Shown: one piece after another, positions 30,471-40,853 of the stretch
How positions within the stretch are numbered: the first letter of the stretch is position 1
Layout of the letters: every line of letters begins with the position of its first letter
IMG/VR virus record: IMGVR_UViG_3300005573_000104
Span: 1 to 60,003 of that record
DNA length: 60,003 nucleotides
Reading direction: 5' to 3' (one strand)
Origin: a virus
Taxonomy: Duplodnaviria > Caudoviricetes
Translations under genes and position numbers: made by a program
The notes under the pieces: generated by a model
Database searches by the model: none
Seen by the model: only the letters and a program-made list of their open reading frames with translations
What the model was told of the DNA's origin: nothing

Positions 30471-30641
30471 ACTGTTGAATGCTTATGTTTGTCTATAAAA
30501 ATTCATACTATTATCAGATAACAGGTAAGGAATTTTTTGAAAAGGTAAAGGAAGTTAAGCCTTTTCTTGATTTTCTTATGAAAGGACTTGAGACTCTCTC
30601 CAAAGAAGATTTAGCAGGTTTTACAAAATTGAAAATAAAAA

Positions 30642-31328
30642 ATGAATATTAAGAATATCATTAAGAGACTATTTTCAAGATATCCTGAAGAGACTGATAT
30701 TGTTAATAGATTAAGATCAGTTAACAGAATTTTATTTGGTAAAAATTCTGTTATTCATACTAGTAGCAATCTTAATATTAAGGCTGATTTTGATGTAAAT
30801 TATAATGGTAATCTTGATCTTAGTGGCTTAATTATCAGAAGTCTTGGTAATTTAAAATCAGTTAATGGATATTTAGATTTGTATCTTACTACCTTATCTA
30901 GTTTAGGTAGACTCGAACATGTTAAGGGATATTTGAATTTAGTTGGTACTCTTGTTAGTACTCTTGGAAATTTAAAGTATGTTGGGGGAACTTTATATGC
31001 TTATAATACTGTGCTATCTGATTTAGGTTCCCTTGAATATGTAGGGGGAGGATTATATTTAGCAGGTACAAAGATAACAAATCTTGGTAATTTGAAAAAG
31101 GTTGGAGGTTTTCTTGATCTATCAAATACTATTGTTTTAGATTTAGGACCATTAGAATATGTTGGTGGTAATATTTATCTTGAGAATACTCCAGTAAAAA
31201 GTCTTGGGTCTTTAAAAAAAGTAGTAGGCAATATTTATGTTGAGGAAGGATCTCTTTTGAATGTTGATAGCTTACCTACTCGTTTTAGAGATAAAGTAAG
31301 AATAGTGAAAAATAAAAAAGGAGAATGA
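30642..31328 (+). CDS. leucine-rich repeat (LGxLxxVGGxLxL) phage protein
   Basis: About seven 20 aa repeats LGNLKxVGGxLDLxxTx. Confidence 0.85.
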   Translation: MNIKNIIKRLFSRYPEETDIVNRLRSVNRILFGKNSVIHTSSNLNIKADFDVNYNGNLDLSGLIIRSLGNLKSVNGYLDLYLTTLSSLGRLEHVKGYLNLVGTLVSTLGNLKYVGGTLYAYNTVLSDLGSLEYVGGGLYLAGTKITNLGNLKKVGGFLDLSNTIVLDLGPLEYVGGNIYLENTPVKSLGSLKKVVGNIYVEEGSLLNVDSLPTRFRDKVRIVKNKKGE

Positions 31329-31332
31329 TAAT

Positions 31333-31554
31333 ATGTATGGTAAAGAAAGTCCTAGAGATTTTGCAAATGTTGAAATTAAGCCAGGAAGATGTAGAATTAG
31401 AGTTGGAGGAAATGAAAGGATTGGTATAAAGTGGAGTCCTACAGAATATGTTGTTCATAGTATTCTTCCAACTTTTATTACTGTTTATCCAGTAGGTTTC
31501 CCAAATAATAAGCAACAATTGAGACCAAAGGATATATTGATGGTAACTAAATAA
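31333..31554 (+). CDS. hypothetical protein
   Basis: 73 aa, AGGAG RBS. Confidence 0.55.
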   Translation: MYGKESPRDFANVEIKPGRCRIRVGGNERIGIKWSPTEYVVHSILPTFITVYPVGFPNNKQQLRPKDILMVTK

Positions 31555-31629
31555 TATTACTTTTCTTATTTACTTTTATGTTTTACTATATCAAAATCTG
31601 AAGTTTTAAAACAGATATGATAGATTGGT

Positions 31630-33636
31630 ATGGAAGACAATAATATATTATTAAAGCCAGAAGATAGTAGGTTAATAGATATAGTATTGAAAGAAGCTAC
31701 CTATAACTCAAGAAAATATTTTGATTCTCTTACTCCCCATGAGAAAAAGTATTTTTATGATATAATTTATGAGTTAAAGACTCACGGTTACTCTGACAAG
31801 CTTAACCTTATTTGGGAGGCTGATTATGAAATCATTCCTCCGACTGTAGATGAATTTCTATGGGATGACTATTATCTTGGTAAAATAAACTCAGATCCTG
31901 AGAATGGATTGTATGATTTTTGGGCTGATTTGATAAAATATACTGTTGACCCATCTAATAATATTGTTGAAGTTATTGTCTTAGCTGCCAGGGGATCTGG
32001 TAAGAATACATTTGCGATACAGAGAATGGCTTATAGACTAGCTCACTTATTGTGCTTAAGGGATCCTGCTAGATATTACGGTCTGCAAATTGATACCTCA
32101 CTTGTTTTATTTTTCTACAATATTGACCTTAAGAAGGCATTTGATGTCGGCTATAATAGGTTTGAAAAGCTTTTAAAGAGGTCACCATTCTTTAGTCAGT
32201 TTCTTTTGAGAACAAAATCACCTACTGCTGTGGTCTTGCCAAAAAGTATTGAGATAAAGATGGGATCTCAATTTGTTCATGGCTTATCTGAAGCAATTTA
32301 TGATTGTAGCTTGGATGAGGCCAATTTTGGTAAAGGATCTACATCTAAAGAAGAGTCTCAGGTAATGAAGAACTATAGGTCTGTTAGAGAAGGTGCCAAT
32401 TCCAGATTTATGAGACCAGGAGGTATCGTCAGTGCTCAGCTTTGTCTAACATCTTCTAAAAGAGGTGAGAGTGATGCTCTTACCAGGCATGCTGAGGCCA
32501 GTAAATCAATACCAACTACTCTTGTTGTAGATGATGTTCCGTTGTGGAAAGTTAAGACAAAGAGAGCTCATAAGGTTATATCTTTTTATTCTGGTAAGAC
32601 ATTCAGGGTAGCTGTCGGTAATCAGTATAGAGAATCAAGAGTATTGGAGGATAATGAGCCTGATCCAGTAGGAATGCAAGTAGTAAAGATTCCTATTGAG
32701 TATTATAATTCATTTAGGAATCCAAATACTATTAATGAGGCTCTCCAGGATATTGCTAATGTAAGTACATATGGGTATGGTAAATTAATAAAGAATAGAG
32801 ATAAAGTTAGATTGGCTGTTAAAAATTGTCCTATTCCTCAATTTTTCAATACTGAACAGATAATTCTTGATTTTGACAATCCTACTCAAAAGTTACAAGA
32901 TTACTTAAATGTTAATGCTTTGAAGGATTGGATTGATAAAAATAAGTTTATAACGTGCTCTGTTCACTTTGATGTCGGTCTAACTGGTGATAAATTTGGA
33001 GTGGGAGTGTCTTATATTTCAGGAAGAAAATTGGTTTCAAGGTTTGATCAAACTACTGGTTATGAAACTCATCATGAAGAGTATGTTTACTCTGTTCTCC
33101 TCATGGCTGGTATATCTCCACTTGCTGGTAAGCAGATTCCATTCTGGAAAATTGTTACTTTTTTTGTTTGGCTAAGAGATGAACTAGGATTATCAATAGG
33201 TATTGTTAGCTCTGATCTTGGGCATAGTATGGCTGCTATGTTATTACAAACTTTTAAGCAAAATGGTTTTAATACTAGAAAATTAAGTCTTGATAAGACT
33301 GATGTCGGATATTTAACAATAAGAGAGTTATATGATGAGGAACGTATACTTCATCCCCACCATTCCTTGTTTCTTGATGAGTTATTTAATCTTGAGCACG
33401 ATGAAAAGAATAGAAAAGTAGATCATCCAGAGACTGGATCGAAAGATGTCGCTGATGGTGTTGTAGGAAGTATATACAATTTTATAGATGCTAAAGAACT
33501 TGTTGATAGTTACTATGAACCGACATCAATTGATGAAAAAGAGGAGAGACATCTTATGAGAGAATTGGAAAGAAAAGCTAAAGAAGAAGAGATTGATAAG
33601 GATATTGACTTTGGCTTTAACAGGCATACACTTTAA
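31630..33636 (+). CDS. terL: terminase large subunit
   Basis: Walker A ARGSGKN, Walker B CSLDEANF, motif III TSS, nuclease HFDVGLTGD and KVDHPETGSKDVAD. Confidence 0.9.
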   Translation: MEDNNILLKPEDSRLIDIVLKEATYNSRKYFDSLTPHEKKYFYDIIYELKTHGYSDKLNLIWEADYEIIPPTVDEFLWDDYYLGKINSDPENGLYDFWADLIKYTVDPSNNIVEVIVLAARGSGKNTFAIQRMAYRLAHLLCLRDPARYYGLQIDTSLVLFFYNIDLKKAFDVGYNRFEKLLKRSPFFSQFLLRTKSPTAVVLPKSIEIKMGSQFVHGLSEAIYDCSLDEANFGKGSTSKEESQVMKNYRSVREGANSRFMRPGGIVSAQLCLTSSKRGESDALTRHAEASKSIPTTLVVDDVPLWKVKTKRAHKVISFYSGKTFRVAVGNQYRESRVLEDNEPDPVGMQVVKIPIEYYNSFRNPNTINEALQDIANVSTYGYGKLIKNRDKVRLAVKNCPIPQFFNTEQIILDFDNPTQKLQDYLNVNALKDWIDKNKFITCSVHFDVGLTGDKFGVGVSYISGRKLVSRFDQTTGYETHHEEYVYSVLLMAGISPLAGKQIPFWKIVTFFVWLRDELGLSIGIVSSDLGHSMAAMLLQTFKQNGFNTRKLSLDKTDVGYLTIRELYDEERILHPHHSLFLDELFNLEHDEKNRKVDHPETGSKDVADGVVGSIYNFIDAKELVDSYYEPTSIDEKEERHLMRELERKAKEEEIDKDIDFGFNRHTL

Positions 33637-33641
33637 TATAG

Positions 33642-33793
33642 ATTTGGTGGCTGATACCAATGTACAGAATCCTACCTTATGGTCTAACATTCCTACAGAC
33701 CAACAGACTCAAACACGTCCTCCTTATGATGAATGCACTCTCATCATATATTAATAGTAATCGCCAGTTCTGTATGTTGTTCAGCCACCAAGT
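33642..33793. ncRNA. putative structured RNA/DNA element (long closing stem plus two internal hairpins)
   Basis: TTGGTGGCTGA (33644-33654) pairs with TCAGCCACCAA (33781-33791); TACAGAA/TTCTGTA extends the stem; internal TGGTCT/AGACCA and TATGATGA/TCATCATA hairpins. Confidence 0.6.
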
Positions 33794-33813
33794 AAATAAG
33801 ATAAGAAATAAAA

Positions 33814-34284
33814 ATGTGTTTTGATGTTGGATATATAAAGCAAGAAAAAGATAATGTAGCTGATGTTATGTGCTCTATTCACGAAAAAAGTTTACAACTT
33901 AATGGATTTGGGGCTGAGCTTTATGGTGAGGCAAGGATTACGATACCCAATTATGACTTTCCTGTTGAGCTTGACCATGTTTATTATTGGACCTCTAATG
34001 AATTAATGTATGGAATATATCCCAGTCTTTTTCATGCTTATCGTAAACAATTCCTTATGAAGAAAGAAGTATTCTGGTTTGAGCACTTTACTGAATATCC
34101 TGGAATGCCTATGTTTATTTTTGTTCCTACAATTATTGAGGATGTTGTTTATTTTGACAATATTCAGGTAGCAGGTAGGGTAATGTATCTTTTCTCTCCG
34201 AAATCCTGGAGAGAATATCAGGAAGTGAAACCTATACATATTTTTGAAAATGAAATTATTGTAGAAACTGAGTGTAAATTATGA
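33814..34284 (+). CDS. hypothetical protein, paralog of 25140..25592
   Basis: Shared FHAYR, VPxIIED, QVAGRV, KPIHI motifs. Confidence 0.7.
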   Translation: MCFDVGYIKQEKDNVADVMCSIHEKSLQLNGFGAELYGEARITIPNYDFPVELDHVYYWTSNELMYGIYPSLFHAYRKQFLMKKEVFWFEHFTEYPGMPMFIFVPTIIEDVVYFDNIQVAGRVMYLFSPKSWREYQEVKPIHIFENEIIVETECKL

Positions 34285-35195
34285 TTAATATTGATAATAT
34301 TTCTCCAACATATCGTCCTGATGTAAAAACTACTAATTGCCCTTTTTGTGAAGTTAAAGGGAAAACTCCAGATACTAAACATCATCTTTATCTTTATGAG
34401 AGTACAAATTCTTATTATTGTTTTCGGTGTAATAGTACTGGTAAATTAACAGATCTTTTATCAGAGGAAGCTAGAAGTCTATTTAGACCTCCTCTTCCTG
34501 AGATTCTTACATATTTTGATAGTTTTGATAAGGATATTTCTCCACGTAGTATTAATTTAGATGAAATATCAAGGCCTATTTTTGAGGGTAGTGATGCTTA
34601 TAGATATCTCAGGGAGGTTAGGAATCTATCAGATATTGAAATTTCTTATTATGGATTTAGGATAGGTATAGATAAATATCGTGGACGTATTATTATTCCA
34701 GTTACAGATAGTAGGGGTAATTTTACATATTTTGTTTCTCGAGCATATTATGGTCAGGCTATAAGATATAAAAACCCTTCGATCAGGAAGGAAGACATTT
34801 TATTTAACTATGATAAATGTAAAACTGATCTGGTTATAATATGTGAGGGGGTTTTTTCTGCTATAGCCTCTGATAAGTTTTTGGGATTTACTGGAGAGTA
34901 TGATTCTTCGGTTGCTATACTTGGGTCCCATCTCTCCTGGTATCAAGAGATGTTAATAGCTGGGAAATTCAGAAAAGCTATTGTTGCTCTGGATGGTGAT
35001 AGAAAGCTTTCGGAATTTGAGGCTATTGAAAATAGATTGAGAAAACAAGGTCTATTAGTTTCATCAATCTATCTTCCAGACGGTAAAGATCCTGAAGAAA
35101 GAGGTAAGGAGGTATGGGTAAGAGAATTTAATAAGGCTGTGGGGAGAATGAATGGGGTTGTTGAAGATATCTGGGAACAGTATGTTAATAATTAA
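34281..35195 (+). CDS. DNA primase (zinc finger + TOPRIM)
   Basis: CPFC...H...CFRC, RIIIP, RYKNP, ICEG, ALDGD, LPDGKDP. Confidence 0.9.
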   Translation: MINIDNISPTYRPDVKTTNCPFCEVKGKTPDTKHHLYLYESTNSYYCFRCNSTGKLTDLLSEEARSLFRPPLPEILTYFDSFDKDISPRSINLDEISRPIFEGSDAYRYLREVRNLSDIEISYYGFRIGIDKYRGRIIIPVTDSRGNFTYFVSRAYYGQAIRYKNPSIRKEDILFNYDKCKTDLVIICEGVFSAIASDKFLGFTGEYDSSVAILGSHLSWYQEMLIAGKFRKAIVALDGDRKLSEFEAIENRLRKQGLLVSSIYLPDGKDPEERGKEVWVREFNKAVGRMNGVVEDIWEQYVNN

Positions 35196-35212
35196 ATAGA
35201 GAGGAAACATTC

Positions 35213-35683
35213 ATGAAAGATCAAGATTCTGATACGGACGTTGTAGACAGTAAACCAAATTCAAAGCTTACTCTGGTTTTTGAATTTGAAAAGGAGAAAT
35301 ATGAGTTAGAGAAACCTTTAAGATTGAATTTATATGAGGAAGATATCTGGTATAAGAAAGTTCAATCTATGATGAAGGAGGAGTTGTTTAAGCGTGTCTC
35401 TGACTATGAGTTTATATATTTCTTTTCTCTTCCGTTGAAGCCAAAAATTAGAGTTAATAAAAATGTTACTTTTGATCTAGTAGAGGGTGGAAATGACTTG
35501 TGGCTTGTTAGTAAAGCTAAAGGCAAGATTAATAAAAGAGAAACAAAGAGGCTTATGAATTTATATAAATATCTTGAATATGCCTCTGATATAAAGATTT
35601 TTGCTAAATTAAAAATTACTGGTTATGATATAAGAGAATACATAATGTTCATAAAATTATGGGAGGATAAAAATGAAAACTGA
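35213..35683 (+). CDS. hypothetical protein
   Basis: 156 aa ORF with RBS. Confidence 0.6.
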   Translation: MKDQDSDTDVVDSKPNSKLTLVFEFEKEKYELEKPLRLNLYEEDIWYKKVQSMMKEELFKRVSDYEFIYFFSLPLKPKIRVNKNVTFDLVEGGNDLWLVSKAKGKINKRETKRLMNLYKYLEYASDIKIFAKLKITGYDIREYIMFIKLWEDKNEN

Positions 35684-35879
35684 AGTTGATGATAAAGCAG
35701 TTGTGACTTCTTTATCAATTCCGTCTAGTATTAAAGGTGAGGCTGTCAGGTTAGCCCGGAGTAATGGTAAATCTTTCAGTTCCTTTGTTACAGAATTGTT
35801 GATAAGAGAAATTAAATTAAATAACCAGCAACAAATAAGGAATGAGGAGAAAAGCGGAAATTTAGAAATAGGTGGTTAA
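35673..35879 (+). CDS. ribbon-helix-helix DNA-binding protein
   Basis: TSLSIP...AVRLARSNGKSFSSFVTELL. Confidence 0.7.
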   Translation: MKTEVDDKAVVTSLSIPSSIKGEAVRLARSNGKSFSSFVTELLIREIKLNNQQQIRNEEKSGNLEIGG

Positions 35880-36141
35880 TTCTTAAATCTTAAGTTGGTG
35901 TAAGGTGTTTTTGTGTTCCTAATAGCATGGGAAGGGTGTGTTTATGGACATTAGTTTTGTAATGAGACTTGATGGCGAGGAGATTGAATTATCTCTCGAA
36001 GAGACTATAGAAATGGTTAGCTTTCTCTCTGCTTTGCTTGGTGTAAGTGAATATTCTCCATCCTTCCCTTATCCTGCTTGCTCAAATTCACCAATAATAG
36101 AATATTTAGTTGAAAATGCGTAGTTAATGTTGTTAGACGAT

Positions 36142-36177
36142 GGAACCTTTTCTTTGTTTGTTACGTTTTAAATATGA
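36142..36177 (+). promoter_or_regulatory. repeated ECF-type promoter, copy 5
   Basis: GGAACCTTTTCTTTGTTTGTTACGTTTTAAATATGA; followed by AAGGAG RBS. Confidence 0.8.
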
Positions 36178-36196
36178 GTAGAGAAGGAGAAATAAA

Positions 36197-38743
36197 ATGA
36201 AGATTACTAGGCAGCAAGCAAGAAAGGTTCTTGAGAGCTCTTTTCCAGATTTTCGTGGTCGTAAGATAGAGCTTGTTTTGACAAACAAAGTCACCCTGAG
36301 GCATCTTAATGCTGATGGGGGAGTACAATTTGACTATTGTGCTGTTAGGTGGGATGGTAAGTCAGAGTCACTTGATGTCCCAGCTCCGTGGTTGCATAAT
36401 CTTGAATATCAGGATGTTAATATTCCTGCTGGTTATGCTGTTGTTGAGAGACGATCTATTTGGAATAGGAACTCTGTTGTTATTTATTATAATCCTGGTA
36501 TTGATAGTATTGATTCTGGTAAGTTAATCTCTGGAGGATTGAAAAATGTGTACTAGCAAAACTAATATCTCCTATTCTGGAACCCACCATACGACTGAGG
36601 TGGATATTGTGGATGATTCATGTTTTACATTCTCATTCGTCTACAATTCTGTGGATAACAAAATAAAATTTTATCTACTTGATACTGATAACGGACAGGA
36701 AGTAGGAGAGATTCTGTCATTTCCACAATTTGTGAAGATGGTGCAACAAGTAACACAACTTAAAGGAGAGAAATAATGTATAACGTAGATGCATTCGTAG
36801 AGATGGAGCTCCCTTATCATGAGGAGTTTCTTAAGGAGCTTCTGGCTGATTTCGGCTGGGAGTTTCAGGATGGAAAAATTCATCCTGTTCAGACGGGAAA
36901 CTGTAGTGGGCACGATCCTGCTGCAGAGGGCACTATGCTTGTTGGTTGGTATGAAAATGCGGCATATAACTGTCCACATTGCTATCCAGGTTCCAATCCA
37001 GCATGTCTTGATTGGGATGCTGATAAGAATTATATCCGTCTGAGTGGTGTTCCTGAGAGTACGAAGTTCCAGCGAATGCTGGATTTGGCTCGTAAACACC
37101 ACCAAGCCCTGTGGAACTATGCTTATAAGTCCTGGCTTGATCAAGAAGAGGATTTGTCACACTATAGGTAGGCGTGGACTCTAGTAAGCTAATAAAGGAG
37201 ATTATAAAATGAATAATCAGTTTGTTGGTCAGCGGTTTTCACCCCAGCCCGATTCGATTTGGGGTGATATGGTTGTTTATTTGACAGATATTGTTGGGAA
37301 AAGAGATGACTGGTATGTTGGGGTAGATATATACGGGCGGAATTTTCTATCAGCAGAAGGAATTGAGCATGTTTTTTACCCTGAGGATATATTTACTTTA
37401 GAGGAATTAAAAAGTAGAGGTAAGCAATGAGTAAGGTATCAAAAGTCGTTGATAAAGCGGTAGAGAGCAATTTTAATCATGTTTCTTTATTTAAGAAAGA
37501 TATTGATGAGTTAGTGAGCATTCAGAAGATGCAAGCTGATCTTAAAGCTAAGGAGGATAAGATTCGTAGCAAGATTATCGCTGATGCAAAGGTGCGATAT
37601 GAAAAAGATGGTAAAGCTAATAACTATAGATCAAGCTACATCTATGAGGGTGATAGGACAAGTGGAATGATGGTTATTTTTCAGAGTAAATATTATCCTG
37701 TTACTAAAGATTTATTTGAGAGTCATCCAGATATAGTTAATGAAGTAAGATCTTTGAAGGTTAAAGATACTAGTGATCATGTCGTTGAGGAGCTGGTGAC
37801 TCTTCTCGGGGAAGAGAAGTTTTTGAAGTATTTTAAAGTAGAAGTAAGTTATCAAGTCAGACCTGGTTTTGCTCAGTCTCAGTTTGAATTACCTGACGAG
37901 GTTAGAAATTTATTTGTTCAATATAACCCTAGTTTTAAAATGCTTGGAGAATAGTTATGGAAGAGAAATTTTGGATAAGTTCGAATGGTAAGTTTTATGA
38001 TCTAAAAAAGTTAGGAATAAAGAATCATTATACTTTTTTCAATAAGCATCCTGAAGGGATCCAGGTCAGGAAATTTTGGGGATATAGTAAGCCATTTAGT
38101 GAGAAAGATAATATTATTGCAATAAAACATGGTTGGATAAGGGGATTGGAAATATATGATACCTTAAATCTTTCTTATCTTGGAGATTATCTTACAAAAC
38201 GTCCAACTTCATATAAAGCTAAGGATGAGTTGTTTGACCATTTAGAAGGAATAGATAACGTTCAGGTTGATCTCATTCTTAACGATGGATCTCAGAAAGC
38301 TTATTATTTTTCATTGAAAGATTTCTTATCCTTGATAGAGACCAGACGATCTCATGATAAAGTAAATAAGATACTTCGTGAAAGTAATGATATGGAGAAA
38401 TGAAATGAAAACTGAAACAATTGCATCTACCAATGCGCAACCTATTAAGTGGGAAATTCTAGCTTCAGATACGTCTGAAGGGCTGTCTATAACAATAATA
38501 CAGAATGGAAAAGTTGATGGTCATGTTGTCTTTAATAACGATGGTTCTGTTTCGGTTGATTATCCTGGTTGTTTGATCTGTACTTTTGGACCTTCCTTTA
38601 AGCTTGAAACCCCAGAGATGCTGTTATGGGCTCTCTGGAAATGGACTGAGAGGGAAGGTAGGCGATCCAAAACTGCTGAAGTTATTAATAGAATGTATGA
38701 AGACATTGAATATCTTTATCATCATGAAGTGCAAAATGGTTAA
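36197..38743 (+). other. run of seven small hypothetical genes (36197-36556, 36546-36776, 36776-37171, 37209-37430, 37427-37954, 37957-38403, ~38405-38743)
   Basis: Tightly packed ORFs, mostly with RBSs, downstream of promoter copy 5; no family recognised. Confidence 0.65.
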
Positions 38744-38746
38744 AAT

Positions 38747-39232
38747 ATGACTAGAGAAGAGTTTGTTATCCAGATGACTGGATTAGTAGGAGAAGTAGTT
38801 AAGTGTATAGGGCAGGGATATCCCAGACCTGATGAATATTATATTCCCAAGAATCATAATTTAATTGAGATTAATAGGGATAGTATTGATTCTTTAAAAA
38901 GCGAATATATTCAGTCTATTGTTCCTAATTATTATTTGCAAATAGGTGATATAGTGAAATTGGTAGATGATTCCGGTACTGGTATTTCAGATGATCCGAG
39001 ATCCAAGTTTTATCAAAATCAGCAATATAATATTCCTAATCCTATTAATCCTTCTGGCATTTATATTGTTTCGGATTTTGTTACTGATTATGTTGGTAAT
39101 ATTTATTGCATTATTAAACCATATGAATTTATTTCAGCTAATACAAATATATCTTTATCAAAGGTAGTTTATAGGAGTTCAATATATTTTACTTCTAATA
39201 ATTTAGTACATTTTATTAGAATCAACTCATAA
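38747..39232 (+). CDS. hypothetical protein, paralog of 39424..39810
   Basis: MTRxE...IxxxKxEY...QxGxI...YIVxxFVxDYxGxIY...PY shared. Confidence 0.65.
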   Translation: MTREEFVIQMTGLVGEVVKCIGQGYPRPDEYYIPKNHNLIEINRDSIDSLKSEYIQSIVPNYYLQIGDIVKLVDDSGTGISDDPRSKFYQNQQYNIPNPINPSGIYIVSDFVTDYVGNIYCIIKPYEFISANTNISLSKVVYRSSIYFTSNNLVHFIRINS

Positions 39233-39423
39233 TTATGGAGTAATAATATGAATTGGGTTATAGAAGGGAAATTAAAGAATGAAGAGGATTATCACCCGAT
39301 TGTAAAATTTGATGACCTTGTTAAAGCATGGAGTGTTTTTTCCAATATGAAATCTTCATCTAAATCTATGGAATATAATCTTAGGCAGGAACTTCCTGGA
39401 GACGATGAGAGGATTAGTAAAGA

Positions 39424-39810
39424 ATGACTCGTGATGAATATATTGCTGCATTGACACCAATAATTGGTGATAGGAGTGATGAGACATTTGGTACTTTTTA
39501 TAATTTCAATGCAGTTCAGGAGTCTGCTAATATTGCTTATATTAAGCAAGAATATTTGAATACTTTTCTGATGACATCTCCAATACAGGTAGGATCAATT
39601 ATACAGATTATTGGAGATATAAATAAGAAGTCAGAGGAATACAATAGTCTTTATATTGTTACTTCTTTTGTTGTTGATTATCGTGGTGCAATATATGCAC
39701 GACTTAGTCCTTATCGTGATACTTTGCAGACTATTCCGATACAGTATAAGATGAGTTCTGTATATCATGTTAATAGTACTTTACCAGAATATATTATTAA
39801 GTTATGTTAA
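39424..39810 (+). CDS. hypothetical protein, paralog of 38747..39232
   Basis: Same shared motif pattern. Confidence 0.65.
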   Translation: MTRDEYIAALTPIIGDRSDETFGTFYNFNAVQESANIAYIKQEYLNTFLMTSPIQVGSIIQIIGDINKKSEEYNSLYIVTSFVVDYRGAIYARLSPYRDTLQTIPIQYKMSSVYHVNSTLPEYIIKLC

Positions 39811-39840
39811 AAAATAAGTCAAACAAGAAAGGAGAATAAT

Positions 39841-40853
39841 ATGTTTGATAATATTGGTGATAGGTCTGACTGGAATGATAATACCGATATTAGGATAGGT
39901 AATACTAATGTTGTCTTGAAGGGGAGTACTCCAATAACTGTATTGAGAAAGGGTATTTTCCGTACTAAGATATTAGATATTAAATTATACCAGATACGTG
40001 ATGGTGATCGTATTTGGGCAAATGGGGAATGGACACCTGAGGTCAAAGTTCCATTTTTTGCTTTTTCTAATAAAATAAAATTTAGATCTGAAGGTCCTGG
40101 AGCAATTTCCAGTTTTCTTATTGGTTTTGTTGGTACGATGCTTCTCGGTAGTGCTTTTGAGAATAGGAAGAAGTAATAGGTGGAGGCGAGAATGAATACA
40201 TTGCCGTGGGTTAAGAAAATCCCAGAGGGGATTCATGTGTTTTTGACTAGGAATCGATATGGAGATACATATGAGTATCAGGTATACAAGTTATATGATG
40301 ATGGTGATGGAGATAAATATTATGTTAATAGTTGTGATAATTATGTAGTAGGATCCATACGGGCAGATGATTATCTTATAATTGAGGAGTGATAAAAATG
40401 GAAGATCAAGTAAATAATAGTAAAAATAATAAGTATTTTTCTAAGACATACCTAACTATAGCTCTTGTAATTGTAGAGATCTTAATATTGTATGTATACT
40501 CTATTTTTCTAAAAAACCATAAAGATCCAGTTATTGTAAAGACTCCTCCTGGATTTGAAGAACGGGTAGGTTCTATTCCTACGTTTCTTAATTTTGATAT
40601 AGTATCATTTGATACTGGACGTACTTGGTATATTAAAGATGGTGGAAAAATTCTTGGTAATGTCGAGGAAATGCGTCCGGGTACATTGAGCTATTTAAAT
40701 TCGTTTGATTCTTTAAGGACTATACTGAGAAATACTACTGGTAATGTAATAGATTCTACTAACTATGAGGTTTTATCTTTGCTCACTAATTTGACTAAGT
40801 TGCCGGGTTTTAAAAATGTTAATCAGGTTTCAAACAAAAAATTCAATAAATAA
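39841..40853 (+). other. three small hypothetical genes (39841-40176 with C-terminal TM, 40180-40392, 40389-40853 with N-terminal TM)
   Basis: ORF track and hydrophobic segments. Confidence 0.55.

Larger units (their letters stand above)
28423..30513 (+). mobile_element. IS607-family element (tnpA + tnpB)
   Basis: Serine recombinase plus TnpB. Ends defined by comparison with the deletion derivative at 49347-49692. TATTA occurs at both junctions, so boundaries are uncertain by a few nt. Confidence 0.88.
28232..30652 (+). pseudogene. paralog of the 25140/33814 family interrupted by IS607 (fragments 28232-28422 and 30514-30652)
   Basis: The N-part has MC...FPVELDKVY. An open frame right after the IS reads QITGK...EVKP (paralog has QVAGR...EVKP) and stops at TAA 30650-30652. 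Confidence 0.55.

Noticed and set aside
28423-30513. IS607 inside a gene as an IStron (group I intron hybrid)
   Set aside because: Only ~55 nt lie between the left end and tnpA, leaving no room for a ribozyme core
6969-31328. HREDGPA and LGxLxxVGG repeat genes as diversity-generating retroelement targets
   Set aside because: No reverse transcriptase and no template/variable repeat pair with adenine-specific differences in the window; these are common phage protein repeats
4294-36177. The ~37 nt repeated motif as CRISPR repeats or attC-like sites
   Set aside because: Copies are dispersed, not palindromic, conserved in two blocks with a variable fixed-length middle, and sit before gene starts; this fits a promoter. 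No cas or integrase gene seen.
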